Positions 35,385 through 49,300 of a stretch of DNA of 64,000 nt are shown here, piece by piece. Position numbers and translations under genes: made by a program. The stretch comes from Neoechinorhynchus agilis. Its lineage: Eukaryota > Animalia > Acanthocephala. The stretch covers positions 1-64,000 of the forward strand of contig JBMGUZ010000008.1 of NCBI GenBank assembly GCA_051530055.1, written 5' to 3'. Every line of letters begins with the position of its first letter. Within the stretch, counting starts at the first letter, position 1. The notes below the pieces were generated by a model, which was given only the letters and a program-made list of their open reading frames with translations, was not told where the DNA came from and did not search any database.

Positions 35385-37152
35385 TTAAAGTTCATCACTA
35401 CCAATGGGTTTCCACTTGCAGTTATGACCTCTTCTAATTCTGCAATCCAGGGGATACTGCCAGTTTTTGTATTGTCGTTCCAAAAATTCCACCACCTTTG
35501 CTGGACCTTTCGGCGACCTGTTCTCGAAAACAATAGGTTTGGTTGGAAAAATCACATTCTTGTCATACTTAATCCCTTTGAACTGATAATCAATTGATTT
35601 CTCATTGTCAATGAACCAGAAAATATCAACCGACAGTGTATTTTTATTGCTTACTTGAATATGGGTTTGCTTTTTTCCTCTAAAATTCTTAACTTTGCGT
35701 CCCCTTTGCTCCACAAGAATTGTTTTGGCAAATGCCATGAAACGATCGTATTCCGTTGAGTTCACAATAAAATCTATATCGTCATCGTATGGAGTACAAG
35801 TGATTTCTTCATTGGCTTTGAGATAAAAATAAAAAACGAAATTCATTTTAAGTTTTTACTGGCAAGCCGATATTGTTTTCATCATCATTAAATTTTAGTT
35901 TATTCCTTAACTTAAAATAGAATACAGCGCTCACCCTGAGTCGAAAAACTGGCTGAGTTTGAAATTTCGTAGTTGTGTCAAGGTGGTTAGTTGAATTTTT
36001 TTACAAACGATGTTCCCATCCGACCAAAACAGTAATGTACTCAATAATCAACAACCGCATTCATTGAACAACTCTGAACTCGGGTGCTCATGAGGACTAA
36101 AATATACATGGGTCCTATTCTTTGTCCAATAAGAAATAAACGTTTTAGTATAAACAGATTGATGATGAACCCGACAAGGTTCGAAAAGTTTTTAATAAAA
36201 AAATCATCTGGGTGAAGACTTCTAAGCAATACGTCTAGAAGCGGCCGAGGTGGTCGAGTGGAAAGCCAAAAGGGTTCAAACTTCACGATTGCCGATGATT
36301 CATAACCAAAGAGGACGAAATACCCGTTGAAGGGAACAAACTCACTGATGATTCTCGCCACCTCGGGAGGTATCTGAGAATCCGGAGGGATTCTTACAAA
36401 CTCAAAACCGTACAGTTCAACGTACTAAGTGTGATTTTGTGCGCTTCCCTGAACCAGATCGATAGGCTGTGTGCCAAGAAGGAAAAATTATCAGCCGTGA
36501 GACCAAACATAGATACTATGGCTGACCAGACTTCAAAAAAATGGAAATATTCAAATGAGAAATCGACAAAAGAAAATCAACGAATGAATAAAGAGTGACC
36601 ACGTGCTAGAAGATTTTTCCGCAAAGATAAAAATACGAATACACTTTAAGAATAAATTCAGACTTCTATTGCGATTATATTTAATGAACTTCCAATAGCT
36701 TATATAGACATGAAGAAATCACCAATCTTAATGTGCCCTTTGTCTCGATATGCGCCTAAGACGCTGCCGCCTTCAAGACTATAAGAAAAGTTAAACTCTT
36801 CGAGAACATCCAATACGTCGTAATAAGTTAAAATAAGATTGTGCCGACAGCAAGGAGGGGTATTCATCCTGAGTCTAAGTCTTCTATCGAAATGTGCCAG
36901 TTCCTTGCATCGCCGAGTATTCTGAGTACATCCCTGATACGTTTTGTTCGACTCATCAAATTCTATAAGTCTTACCAGATTTAAATTACGACTAAAGGCC
37001 ACTTCGTCGCCATTGATAGCTTGAAATCTAGGCTTCTTAAGATCCACGCTATTGTTGGAACGGAAGAGAGTGTAATTGGCTCGGTCGTAGTACCACCTGT
37101 AACCGTGAGCAATGACGAGTGATAAGAAGCTAATGAACAAAACAATGATCAT
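35385..37152 (-). CDS. LicD/fukutin-related (FKRP-like) nucleotidyltransferase with N-terminal signal/anchor; two segments (37152-36723 and 35815-35385)
   Basis: MIIVLFISFLSLVIAHG; TPPCC; YSLEGGSVLGAYR; PYDDDIDF; SVDIF; IFPTKPIVFE...P...FLERQY. A phase-1 GT-AG intron at 36722-35816 joins the two ORFs. Confidence 0.85.
35797..36728. mobile_element. About 0.93-kb insertion with 13-bp near-terminal inverted repeats (non-autonomous TIR element?)
   Basis: gtgatttcttcat (35800-35812) and atgaagaaatcac (36710-36722). TA lies at 35795-96 and 36729-30; removing the insert plus one TA restores the in-frame sequence GHITPYDDDID. Confidence 0.55.
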
Positions 37153-37370
37153 TTAGAGTTTCGTCGACGTTGAAATGATAGGACCGAAAACAATGTCGAC
37201 TAGAGATTCAGAAAACATAGAGAACGCAATTTAAGATCCATAATAACCATTCAGTCTCACAAAATGGCGTAAAACATTGTCGAACTACATAACCTACACG
37301 TACACACATTGATAACCGAAAGGCCGAAAACATCGCCAAAAACTTAATCATGCGACCAAAAATAAAGTCG

Positions 37371-40300
37371 CGCTTCTATCCTGCATTTTCAGCGATCACG
37401 TAAATCTTGGACAAAAATTTATATAAACAAAAAAGGACCAAATAAAAATATCGGAGATTCGGGAAAAGCTTCAGTCATCCGATGCCCCACCATGCATTTT
37501 CAGCCATCACGCGAATACACGGAAAATTAATCCTTGACTTAGACTATGGAAACGATATCTAAGCTCATAAAATAAAAATATTAAAATCACAAAAAATAGT
37601 TAAATACAAATATCGTAGATTCGGGAAAAGCCTCAGTCATCCGTTGCGCTATCATGCATTTTCAGCAATCACGCGAATATACGGAAATTTCATCCTCGAC
37701 TTGGACTATAGAAACGATATCTAAGCTCATAAAATAAAAATATTAAAATCACAAAAAATAGTAAAATACAAATATCGTAGATTCGGGAAAAACCTCAGTC
37801 ATCCGTTGCGCCATCATGCATTTTCAGCAATCACGCGAATATACGGAAATTTTATCATCGACTTGGACTATAGAAACCATATCTAAGCTCATAAAATAAA
37901 AATATTAAAATCACAAAAAAAGTTAAATACAAATATCGTAGATTCGGGAAAAACCTCAGTCATCCGTTGCGCCATTATGAATTTTCAGCAATCACGCGAA
38001 TATACGGAAATTTTATCCTCGACTTGGACTATAGAAACCATATCTAAGCTCATAAAATAAAAATATTAAAATCACAAAAAATAGTTAAATACAAATATCG
38101 TAGATTCGGGAAAAGCCTCAGTCATCCGTTGCGCCATTATGAATTTTCAGCAATCACGCGAATATACGGAAATTTCATCCTCGACTTGGACTATAGAAAC
38201 CATATCTAAGCTCATAAAAAGAAAATATTAAAATCACAAAAAATAGTTAAATAATAATATCGTAGATTCCTGAAAAACCTCAGTCATCCGTTGCGCCTTT
38301 ATGAATTTTCAGCAATCACGCGAATATACGGAAATTTCATCCTTGACTTGGACTATAGAAACCATATCTAAGCTCATAAAATAAAAATATTAAAATAACA
38401 AAAAATAGTTAAATACAAATATCGTAGATTCGGGAAAAGCCTCAGTCATCCGTTGCGCCATTATGAATTTTCAGCAATCACGCGAATATGCGGAAATTTC
38501 ATCCTCGACTTGGACTATAGAAACCATATCTAAGCTCATAAAATAAAAATATTAAAATAACAAAAAATAGTTAAATACAAATATCGTAGATTCGGGAAAA
38601 GCCTCAGTCATCCGTTGCGCCATTATGAATTTTCAGCAATCACGCGAATATGCGGAAATTTCATCCTCGACTTGGACTATAGAAACCATATCTAAGCTCA
38701 TAAAATAAAAATATTAAAATCACAAAAAATAGTTAAATACAAATATCGTAGATTCGGGAAAAGCCTCAGTCATCCGTTGCGCCATTATGCATTTTCAGCA
38801 ATCACGCGAATATACGGAAATTTCATCCTCGACTTGGACTATAGAAACCATATCTAAGCTCATAAAATAAAAATATTAAAATAACAAAAAATAGTTAAAT
38901 ACAAATATCGTAGATTCGCGAAAAGCCTCAGTCATCCGTTGCGCCATTATGAATTTTCAGCAATCACGCGAATATGCGGAAATTTCATCCTCGACTTGGA
39001 CTATAGAAACCATATCTAAGCTCATAAAATAAAAATATTAAAATAACAAAAAATAGTTAAATACAAATATCGTAGATTCGGGAAAAGCCTCAGTCATCCG
39101 TTGCGCCATTATGAATTTTCAGCAATCACGCGAATATGCGGAAATTTCATCCTCGACTTGGACTATAGAAACCATATCTAAGCTCATAAAATAAAAATAT
39201 TAAAATAACAAAAAATAGTTAAATACAAATATCGTAGATTCGGGAAAAGCCTCAGTCATCCGTTGCGCCATTATGAATTTTCAGCAATCACGCGAATATA
39301 CGGAAATTTCATCCTCGACTTGGACTATAGAAACCATATCTAAGCTCATAAAATAAAAATATTAAAATCACAAAAAATAGTTAAATACAAATATCGTAGA
39401 TTCGGGAAAAGCCTCAGTCATCCGTTGCGCCATTATGAATTTTCAGCAATCACGCGAATATACGGAAATTTCATCCTCGACTTGGACTATAGAAACCATA
39501 TCTAAGCTCATAAAATAAAAATATTAAAATAACAAAAAATAGTTAAATACAAATATCGTAGATTCGGGAAAAGCCTCAGTCATCCGTTGCGCCATGTTTT
39601 CAGCAATCACGCGAATATACGGAAATTTCATCCTCGACTTGGACTATAGAAACCATATCTAAGCTCATAAAATAAAAATATTAAAATAACAAAAAATAGT
39701 TAAATACAAATATCGTAGATTCGGGAAAAGCCTCAGTCATCCGTTGCGCCATTATGAATTTTCAGCAATCACGCGAATATACGGAAATTTCATCCTCGAC
39801 TTGGACTATAGAAACCATATCTAAGCTCATAAAATAAAAATATTAAAATCACAAAAAATAGTTAAATACAAATATCGTAGATTCGGGAAAAGCCTCAGTC
39901 ATCCGTTGCGCCATCATGCATTTTCAGCAATCACGCGAATATACGGAAATTTCATCCTCGACTTGGACTATAGAAACCATATCTAAGCTCATAAAATAAA
40001 AATATTAAAATAACAAAAAATAGTTAAATACAAATATCGTAGATTCGGGAAAAGCCTCAGTCATCCGTTGCGCCATTATGCATTTTCAGCAATCACGCGA
40101 ATATACGGAAATTTCATCCTCGACTTGGACTATAGAAACCATATCTAAGCTCATAAAATAAAAATATTAAAATCAAAAAAATAGTTAAATACAAATATCG
40201 TAGATTCGGGAAAAGCCTCAGTCATCCGTTGCGCCATTATGAATTTTCAGCAATCACGCGAATATACGGAAATTTCATCCTCGACTTGGACTATAGAAAC

Positions 40301-43300
40301 CATATCTAAGCTCATAAAATAAAAATATTAAAATCACAAAAAATAGTTAAATACAAATATCGTAGATTCGGGAAAAGCCTCAGTCATCCGTTGCGCCATC
40401 ATGCATTTTCAGCAATCACGCGAATATACGGAAATTTCATCCTCGACTTGGACTATAGAAACCATATCTAAGCTCATAAAACAAAAAAATATTGAAGTCC
40501 AAAAAATAGTTAAGTGCAAATATAGTAGATTCGGGAAAAACCTCAGTCATCCGTTGCGCCATTATGAATTTTCAGCAATCACGCGAATATACGGAAATTT
40601 CATCCTCGACTTGGACTATAGAAACCATATCTAAGCTCATAAAACAAAAAAATATTGAAGTCCAAAAAATAGTTAAGTGCAAATATAGTAGATTCGGGAA
40701 AAACCTCAGTCATCCGTTGCGCCATTATGAATTTTCAGCAATCACGCGAATATACGGAAATTTCATCCTCGACTTGGACTATAGAAACCATATCTAAGCT
40801 CATAAAACAAAAAAAATATTGAAGTCCAAAAAATAGTTAAGTGCAAATATAGTAGATTCGGGAAAAACCTCAGTCATCCGTTGCGCCATTATGAATTTTC
40901 AGCAATCACGCGAATATACGGAAATTTCATCCTCGACTTGGACTATAGAAACCATATCTAAGCTCATAAAATAAAAATATTAAAATAACAAAAAATAGTT
41001 AAATACAAATATCGTAGATTCGGGAAAAACCTCAGTCATCCGTTGCGCCATTATGAATTTTCAGCAATCACGCGAATATACGGAAATTTCATCCTCGACT
41101 TGGACTATAGAAACCATATCTAAGCTCATAAAATAAAAATATTAAAATAACAAAAAATAGTTAAATACAAATATCGTAGATTCGGGAAAAGCCTCAGTCA
41201 TCCGTTGCGCCATTATGAATTTTCAGCAATTACGCGAATATGCGGAAATTTCATCCTCGACTTGGACTATAGAAACCATATCTAAGCTCATAAAATAAAA
41301 ATATTAAAATCACAAAAAATAGTTAAATACAAATATCGTAGATTCGGGAAAAGCCTCAGTCATCCGTTGCGCCATCATGCATTTTCAGCAATCACGCAAA
41401 TATACGGAAATTTCATCCTCGACTTGGACTATAGAAACCATATCTAAGCTCATAGAATAAAAATATTAAAATAAAAACAAAAGTTAAATACAAATATGGT
41501 AGATTCGGGAAAAGCCTCAGTCATCCGGTGCGCCATCATGCATTTTCAGCAATCACGCAAATATACGGAAATTTTTATCCTCGACTTGGGCTACAGAAAC
41601 CATATCTAAGCTCATAGAATAAAAATATTAAAATCACAAAAAATAGTTAAATACAAATATCGTAGATTCGGGAAAAGCCTCAGTCATCCGTTGCGCAATT
41701 ATGAATTTTCAGCAATCACACAAATATACGGAAATTTTTATCCTCGACTTGGACTATAGAAACCTTATCTAAGCTCATAAAATAAAAATATTAAAATCAC
41801 AAAAAATAGTTAAATACAAATATCGTAGATTCGGGAAAAGCCTCTGTCATCCGTTGCGCCATCATGCATTTTCAGCAACCACGCGAATATGCGGAAATTT
41901 CATCCTCGACTTGGACTATAGAAACGATATCTAAGCTCATTAAACAAGAAAAAATATTTAAATAAAAAAAATAGTTAAATAAAAATATCGATGATTCAGG
42001 AAAAGCCTCAAGCTCATTAAACAAGAAAAAATATTTAAATCAAAAAAATAGTTAAATACAAATATCGTAGATTCGGGAAAAGCATCTGTCATCCGTTGCG
42101 CCATCATGCATTTTCAGCAATATCGCGAATATACGGAAATTTCATCCTCGACTTGGACTATAGAAACCATATCTAAGCTCATAAAACAAAAAAATATTTA
42201 AATCCAAAAAATAGTTAAATACAAATATCGTAGATTCGGGAAAAGCCTCTGTCATCCGTTGCGCCATCATGCATTTTCAGCAATCACGCGAATATACGGA
42301 AATTTCATCCTCGATTGGACTATAGAAACCATATCTAAGCTCATTAAACAAGAAAAAATATTCAAATAAAAAAAATAGTTAAATACAAATATGGTAGATT
42401 CGGGAAAAGCCTCAGTCATCCGGTGCGCCATCATGCATTTTCAGCAATCACGCAAATATACGGAAATTTTTATCCTCGACTTGGACTACAGAAACCATAT
42501 CTAAGCTCATTAAAAAAAAATATTGAAGTCCAAAAAATAGTTAAGTGCAAATATAGTAGATTCGGGAAAAACCTCAGTCATCCGTTGCGCCATCATGCAT
42601 TTTCAGCAATCACGCAAATATACGGAAATTTTTATCCTCGACTTGGACTATACAAACCATATCTAAGCTCATAGAATAAAAATAATAAAATCACAAAAAA
42701 TAGTTAAATACAAATATCGTAGATTCGGGAAAAACCTCAGTCATCCGTTGCGCCATCATGCATTTTCAGCAATCACGCAAATATACGGAAATTTTTATCC
42801 TCGACTTGGACTACAGAAACCATATCTAAGCTCATAGAATAAAAATATAAAAATCACAAAAAATAGTTAAATACAAATATCGTAGATTCGGGAAAAGCCT
42901 CTGTCATCCGTTGCGCTATCATGCATTTTCAGCAATCACGCGAATATACGGAAATTTCATCCTCGACTTGGACTATAGAAGCGATATCTAAGCTCATTAA
43001 ACAAAAAAAATATTGAAGTCCAAAAAATAGTTAAGGGCAAATATAGTAGATTCGGGAAAAACCTTTGTCATCCGTTGCGCCATCATGCATTTTCAGCAAT
43101 CACGCAAATATACGGAAATTTTTATCCTCGACTTGGACTATAGAAACCATATCTAAGCTCATAAAATAAAAATATAAAAATCACAAAAAATAGTTAAATA
43201 CAAATATCGTAGATTCGGGAAAAGCCTCAGTCATCCGTTGCGCCTTTATGAATTTTCAGCAATCACGCGAATATACGGAAATTTCATCCTCGACTTGGAC

Positions 43301-46300
43301 TATAGAAACCATATCTAAGCTCATAAAATAAAAATATTAAAATCACAAAAAATAGTTAAATACAAATATCGTAGATTCGGGAAAAGCCTCAGTCATCCGT
43401 TGCGCAATTATGAATTTTCAGCAATCACACAAATATACGGAAATTTTTATCCTCGACTTGGACTATAGAAACCTTATCTAAGCTCATAAAATAAAAATAT
43501 TAAAATCACAAAAAATAGTTAAATACTAATATCGTAGATTCGGGAAAAGCCTCAGTCATCCGTTGCGCCATTATGAATTTTCAGCAATCACGCGAATATA
43601 AGGAAATTTCATTCTCGACTTGGACTATAGAAACCATATCTACGCTCATAAAATAAAAACTATTAAAATCACAAAAAATAGTTAAACACAAATATCGTAG
43701 ATTCGGGAAAAGCCTCAGTCATACGCTGCGCTATCATGCCTTTTCAGCAATCACGCGAATATACGGAAATTTCATCCTCGACTTGGACTCAATAAACGAA
43801 ATACAAGCTCATAAAACAAGAAAAAATATTCAAATCAAAAAAATAGTTTAATAAAAATACCGATGATTCGGGAAAAGCCTCAGTCATCCGTTGCGCCATC
43901 ATGCATTTTCAGCAACCACGCGAATATGCGGAAATTTCATCCTCGACTTGGACTATAGAAACGATATCTAAGCTCATTAAACAAGAAAAAATATTTAAAT
44001 CAAAAAAATAGTTAAATAAAAATATCGATGATTCAGGAAAAGCCTCAAGCTCATTAAACAGGAAAAAATATTTAAATCAAAAAAATAGTTAAATACAAAT
44101 ATCGTAGATTCGGGAAAAGCCTCTGTCATCCGTTGCGCCATTATGCATTTTCAGCAATCACGCGAATATACGGAAATTTCATCCTCGACTTGGACTATAG
44201 AAACCATATCTAAGCTCATTAAACAAGAAAAAATATTTAAATAAAAAAAATAGTTAAATACAAATATCATAGATTCGGGAAAAGCCTCTGTCATCCGTTG
44301 CGCCATCATGCATTTTCCGGAATCACGCGAATATACAGAAATTTCATCCTCGACTTGGACTATACAAACGATATCTAAGCTCATTCAAAAAGGAAAAATA
44401 TTTTAATCAAAAAATAGTTAAATACAAATATCGTAGATTCGGGAAAAGCCTCAGTCATCCGTTGCGCCATCATGCATTTTCAGGAATCACGCGAACAAAC
44501 GGAAATTTCATCCTCGACTTCGACTATAGAAACGATATCTAACCTCAATAAACAAGAAAAAATATTTAAATAAAAAAAAATAGTTAAATAAAAATATCGT
44601 AGATTCGGGAAAAGCCTCAGTCATTCGTCGCGCCATCATGCATTTTCAGCAATCACGCGAATAAACATAAATTTCATCCTCGAATTGGAAAATAGAAACG
44701 ATATCTAAGCTCATTGAACAAGAAAAAATAAACAAATCAAAAAAATAGTTAAATACAAATATCGTAGATTCTGGAAAAGACCCAGTCATCCGTTGCGCAA
44801 TCATGCATTTTCAGCAATCACGCGAATAGACGGAAATTTCATCGTCGACTTGGACAATAGAAACGATATCAAAGCTCATTAAAAAAGAAAAAATATTTAA
44901 ATCAAAAAAATAGTTAAATACAAATATCGTAGATTCGGAAAAGGCTTTAGTCATCCGTTGCGCCATCATGCATTTTCAGCAATCACGCGAATGTACGGAA
45001 ATTTCATCCTCGACTTGGACTATAGAAACGATATCTAAGTCATTAGAAAAGAAAAAATATTTAAATAAAAAAAATAGTTAAATACAAATATCGTAGATTC
45101 GGGAAAAGCCTCAGTCACCCGTTTCGCCATCATGCATTTTCAGCAATCACGCGAATATACGGAAATTTCATCCTCAACTTGGACTATAGAAACGATATCT
45201 AAGCTCATTAAACAAATAAATATTCAAGTCCAAAAAATCGTTAAATACAAATATCGTAGATTCGGGAAAAAGCCTCAGCAATCCGTCGCGCCATCATGCA
45301 TTTTCAGCAATCACGCGAACAAACGGAAATTTCATCCTCGACTTGGACTATAGAAACCATATCAAAGCTATTTAAACAAGAAAAAATATTTAAATCAAAA
45401 AAATAGTTAAATACAAATATCGTAGATTCGGGAAAAGCCTCAGTCATCCGTTGCGCCATCATGCCTTTTCAGCAATCACGCGAATATACGGAAATTTCAT
45501 CCTCGACTTGGACTATAGAAACCATATCTAAGCTCATAAAACAAGAAAAAATATTTAAATCAAAAAAATAGTTAAATAAAAATATCGATGATTCAGGAAA
45601 AGCCTCAAGCTCATTAAACAAGAAAAAATATTTTAATCAAAAAAATAGATAAACACAAATATCGTATATTCGGGAAAAGCCTCAGTCATCCGTTGCGCCA
45701 TCATGCATTTTCAGCAATATCGCGAATATACGGAAATTTCATCCTCGACTTGGACTATAGAAACCATATCTAAGCTCATAAAACAAGAAAATATTTAAAT
45801 CCAAAAAATAGTTAAATACAAATATCGTAGATTCGGGAAAAGCCTCTGTCATCCGTTGCGCCATCATGCATTTTCAGCAATCACGCGAATATACGGAAAT
45901 TTCATCCTCGACTTGGACAATAGAAACGATATCTAGGCTCATTAAACAAAAAATATTTAAATCCAAAAAAATGAATACAAATATCGCAGATTCGGGAAAA
46001 GCCTCAGTCATCCGTTGCGCCATCATGCATTTTCAGCAATCACGCGAATATACGGAAATTTCTTCCTCGACTTGGACTATAGAAACGATATCTAAGCTCA
46101 TTAAAAAAGAAAAAATATTTAAATAAAAAAAATAGTTAAATACAAATATCATAGATTCGGGAAAAGCCTCTGTCATCCGTTGCGCCATCATGCATTTTCA
46201 GCAATCACGCGAATATACGGAAATTTCATCCTCGACTTGGACAATAGAAACGATATCTAGGCTCATTAAACAAAAAATATTTAAATCAAAAAAATAGTTA

Positions 46301-49300
46301 AATACAAATATCGTAGATTCGGAAAAGGCATCGTCATCCGTTGCGCCATCATGCATTTTCAGCAATCACGCGAATATACTTTACGGAAATTTCATCCTCG
46401 ACTTGGACTATAGAAACCATATCTAAGCTCATTAAACAAGAAAAAATATTTAAATCAAAAAATAGTTAAATACAAATATCGTAGATTCGGGAAAAGCCTC
46501 TGTCATCCGTTGCGCCATCATGCATTTTCAGCAATCACGCGAATATACGGAAATTTCATCCTCGACTTGGACAATAGAAACGATATCTAAGCTCATTAAA
46601 AAGAAAAAATATTTAAATCAAAAAAATAGTTAAATACAAATATCGTAGATTCGGAAAAGGCATCAGTCATCCGTTGCGCATTCATGCATTTTCAGCAATC
46701 ACGCGAATGTACGGAAATTTCATCCTCGACTTGGACTATAGAAACGATATCTAAGCTCATTAGAAAAGAAAAAATATTTAAATAAAAAAAATAGTTAAAT
46801 ACAAATATCGTAGATTCGGGAAAAGCCTCGGTCATCCGTTGCGCCATCATGCATTTTCAGCAATCACGCGAATAAATGGAAATTTCATCCTCGACTTGGA
46901 CAATAGAAACGATATCTAAGCTCATTAAACCAAAAATATTTAAATCCAAAAAAAATTAAATACAAATATCGTAGATTCGGGAAATGCCTCAGTCATCCGT
47001 TGCGCCATCATGCATTTTCAGCAATCACGCGAATATACGGAAATTTAATCCTCGACTTGGACTATAGAAACCATATCAAAGCTCATAAAAGAAAAAATAT
47101 TTAAATCCAAAAAATAGTTAAATACAAATATCGTAGATTCGGGAAAAGCCTCAGTCATCCGTTGCGCCATCATGCATTTTCAGCAATCACGCGAATATAC
47201 GGAAATTTCATCCTCGACTTGGACAATAGAAACGATATCTAAGCTCATTAAACAAAAAATATTGAAATCCAAAAAAAAATTAAATACAAATATCGTAGAT
47301 TCGGGAAAAGCCTCAGTCATCCGTTGCGCCATCATGCATTTTCAGCAATCACGCGAATATACGGAAATTTCATCCTCGACTTGGACTATAGAAACGATAT
47401 CTAAGCTCATTAAACAAGAAAAAATATTTAAATAAAAAAATAGTTAAATACAAATATCATAGATTCGGGAAAAGCCTCTGTCATCCGTTGCGCCATCATG
47501 CATTTTCAGCAATCACGCGAATATACGGAAATTTCATCCTCGACTTGGACTATAGAAACCATATCTAAGCTCATTAAACAAGAAAAAATATTTAAATCAA
47601 AAAAATAGTTAAATACAAATATCGCAGATTCGGGAAAAGCCTCAGTCATCCGTTGCGCCATCATGCATTTTCAGCAATCACGCGAATATACGGAAATTTC
47701 ATCCTCGACTTGGACTATAGAAACCATATCTAAGCTCATTAAAAAAGAAAAAATATTTAAATCAAAAAAAAGTTAAATACAAATATCGTAGATTCGGGAA
47801 AAGCCTCAGTCATCCGTTGCGCCATCATGCATTTTCAGCAATCACGCGAATATACGGAAATTTCATCCTCGACTTGGACTATAGATACCACATCTAAGCT
47901 CATTAAAAAAGAAAAAATATTTAAATCAAAAAATAGTTAAATACAAATATCGTAGATTCGGGAAAAGACTCAGTCATCCGTTGCGCCATCATGCATTTTC
48001 AGCAATCACGCGAATATACGGAAATTTCATAAGCTCATTAAACAAGAAAAAATATTTAAATAAAAAAAATAGTTAAATACAAATATCATAGATTCGGGAA
48101 AAGCCTCTGTCATCCGTTGAGCCATCATGCATTTTCAGCAATCACGCGAATATACGGAAATTTCATCCTCGACCTTGACTATAGAAACCATATCGAAGCT
48201 CATTAAACAAGAAAAAATATTTAAATCAAAAAAATAATTAAATACAAATATCGCAGATTCGGGAAAAGCCTCTGTCATCCGTTGCGCCATCATGCATTTT
48301 CAGCAATATCGCGAATATACGGAAATTTCATCCTCGACTTGGACTATAGAAACCATATCTAAGCTCATAAAACAAGAAAAAATATTTAAATCCAAAAAAT
48401 AGTTAAATACAATTATCGTAGATTCGGGAAAAGCCTCTGTCATCCGTTACGCCATCATGCGTTTTCAGCAATCACGCGAATATACGGAAATTTCATCCTC
48501 GACTTGGACAATAGAAACGATATCTAAGCTCATTAAACAAGAAAAAATATTTAAATAAAAAAATAGTTAAATAAAAATATCGCAGATTCGGGAAAAGCCT
48601 CAGTCATCCGTCGCGCCATCATGCATTTTCAGCAATCACGCGAATAAACGGAAATTTCATCCTCGACTTGGAAAATAGAAACGATATCTAAGCTCATTGA
48701 ACAAGAAAAAATATACAAATCAAAAAAATAGTTAAATACAAATATCGTAGATTCGGGAAAAGCCTCAGTCATCCGTTGCGCAATCATGCATTTTCAGCAA
48801 TCACGCGAATAAACGGAAATTTCATCGTCGACTTGGACAATAGAAACGATATCTAAGCTCATTAAAAAAGAAAAAATATTTAAATCAAAAAATAGTTAAA
48901 TACAAATATCGTAGATTCGGAAAAAGCCTCAGTCATCCGTGCGCCATCATGCATTTTCAGCAATCACGCGAAAACGGAAATTTCATCCTCGACTTGGACT
49001 ATAGAAACATATCTAAGCTTTAAAAAAAAAATATTTAAATAAAAAATGAATATCGGATCGGGAAAAGCTCGTCATCCGTGCGCCATATGTTTCAGCAATC
49101 ACGCGAATAAGGAAATTTCATCCTCGACTTGGAATAGAAACGATATCTAAGCTCATTAAAAAAAATATTAAATAAAAAAATTAATACAAATATCTAGATT
49201 CGGGAAAAGCCTCAGTCACCGTTCGCATATGATTTTCGCAATCACGCGAATAACGGAAATTTATCTCACTGGACATAAAACATATCTAGCTCATAAAAAA

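Noticed and set aside
36041-36600. ORFs inside the LicD insertion as a transposase
   Set aside because: Neither the minus-strand 106-aa ORF nor the plus-strand frame shows a DDE motif I can support. A faint hAT C-terminal resemblance conflicts with the TA target duplication.
37608-37630. CENP-B-box-like motif (atatcgtagattcggga) in each monomer
   Set aside because: It matches TTCG-N4-A-N2-CGGG only with a 1-nt gap and a mismatch; such loose matches are common by chance.
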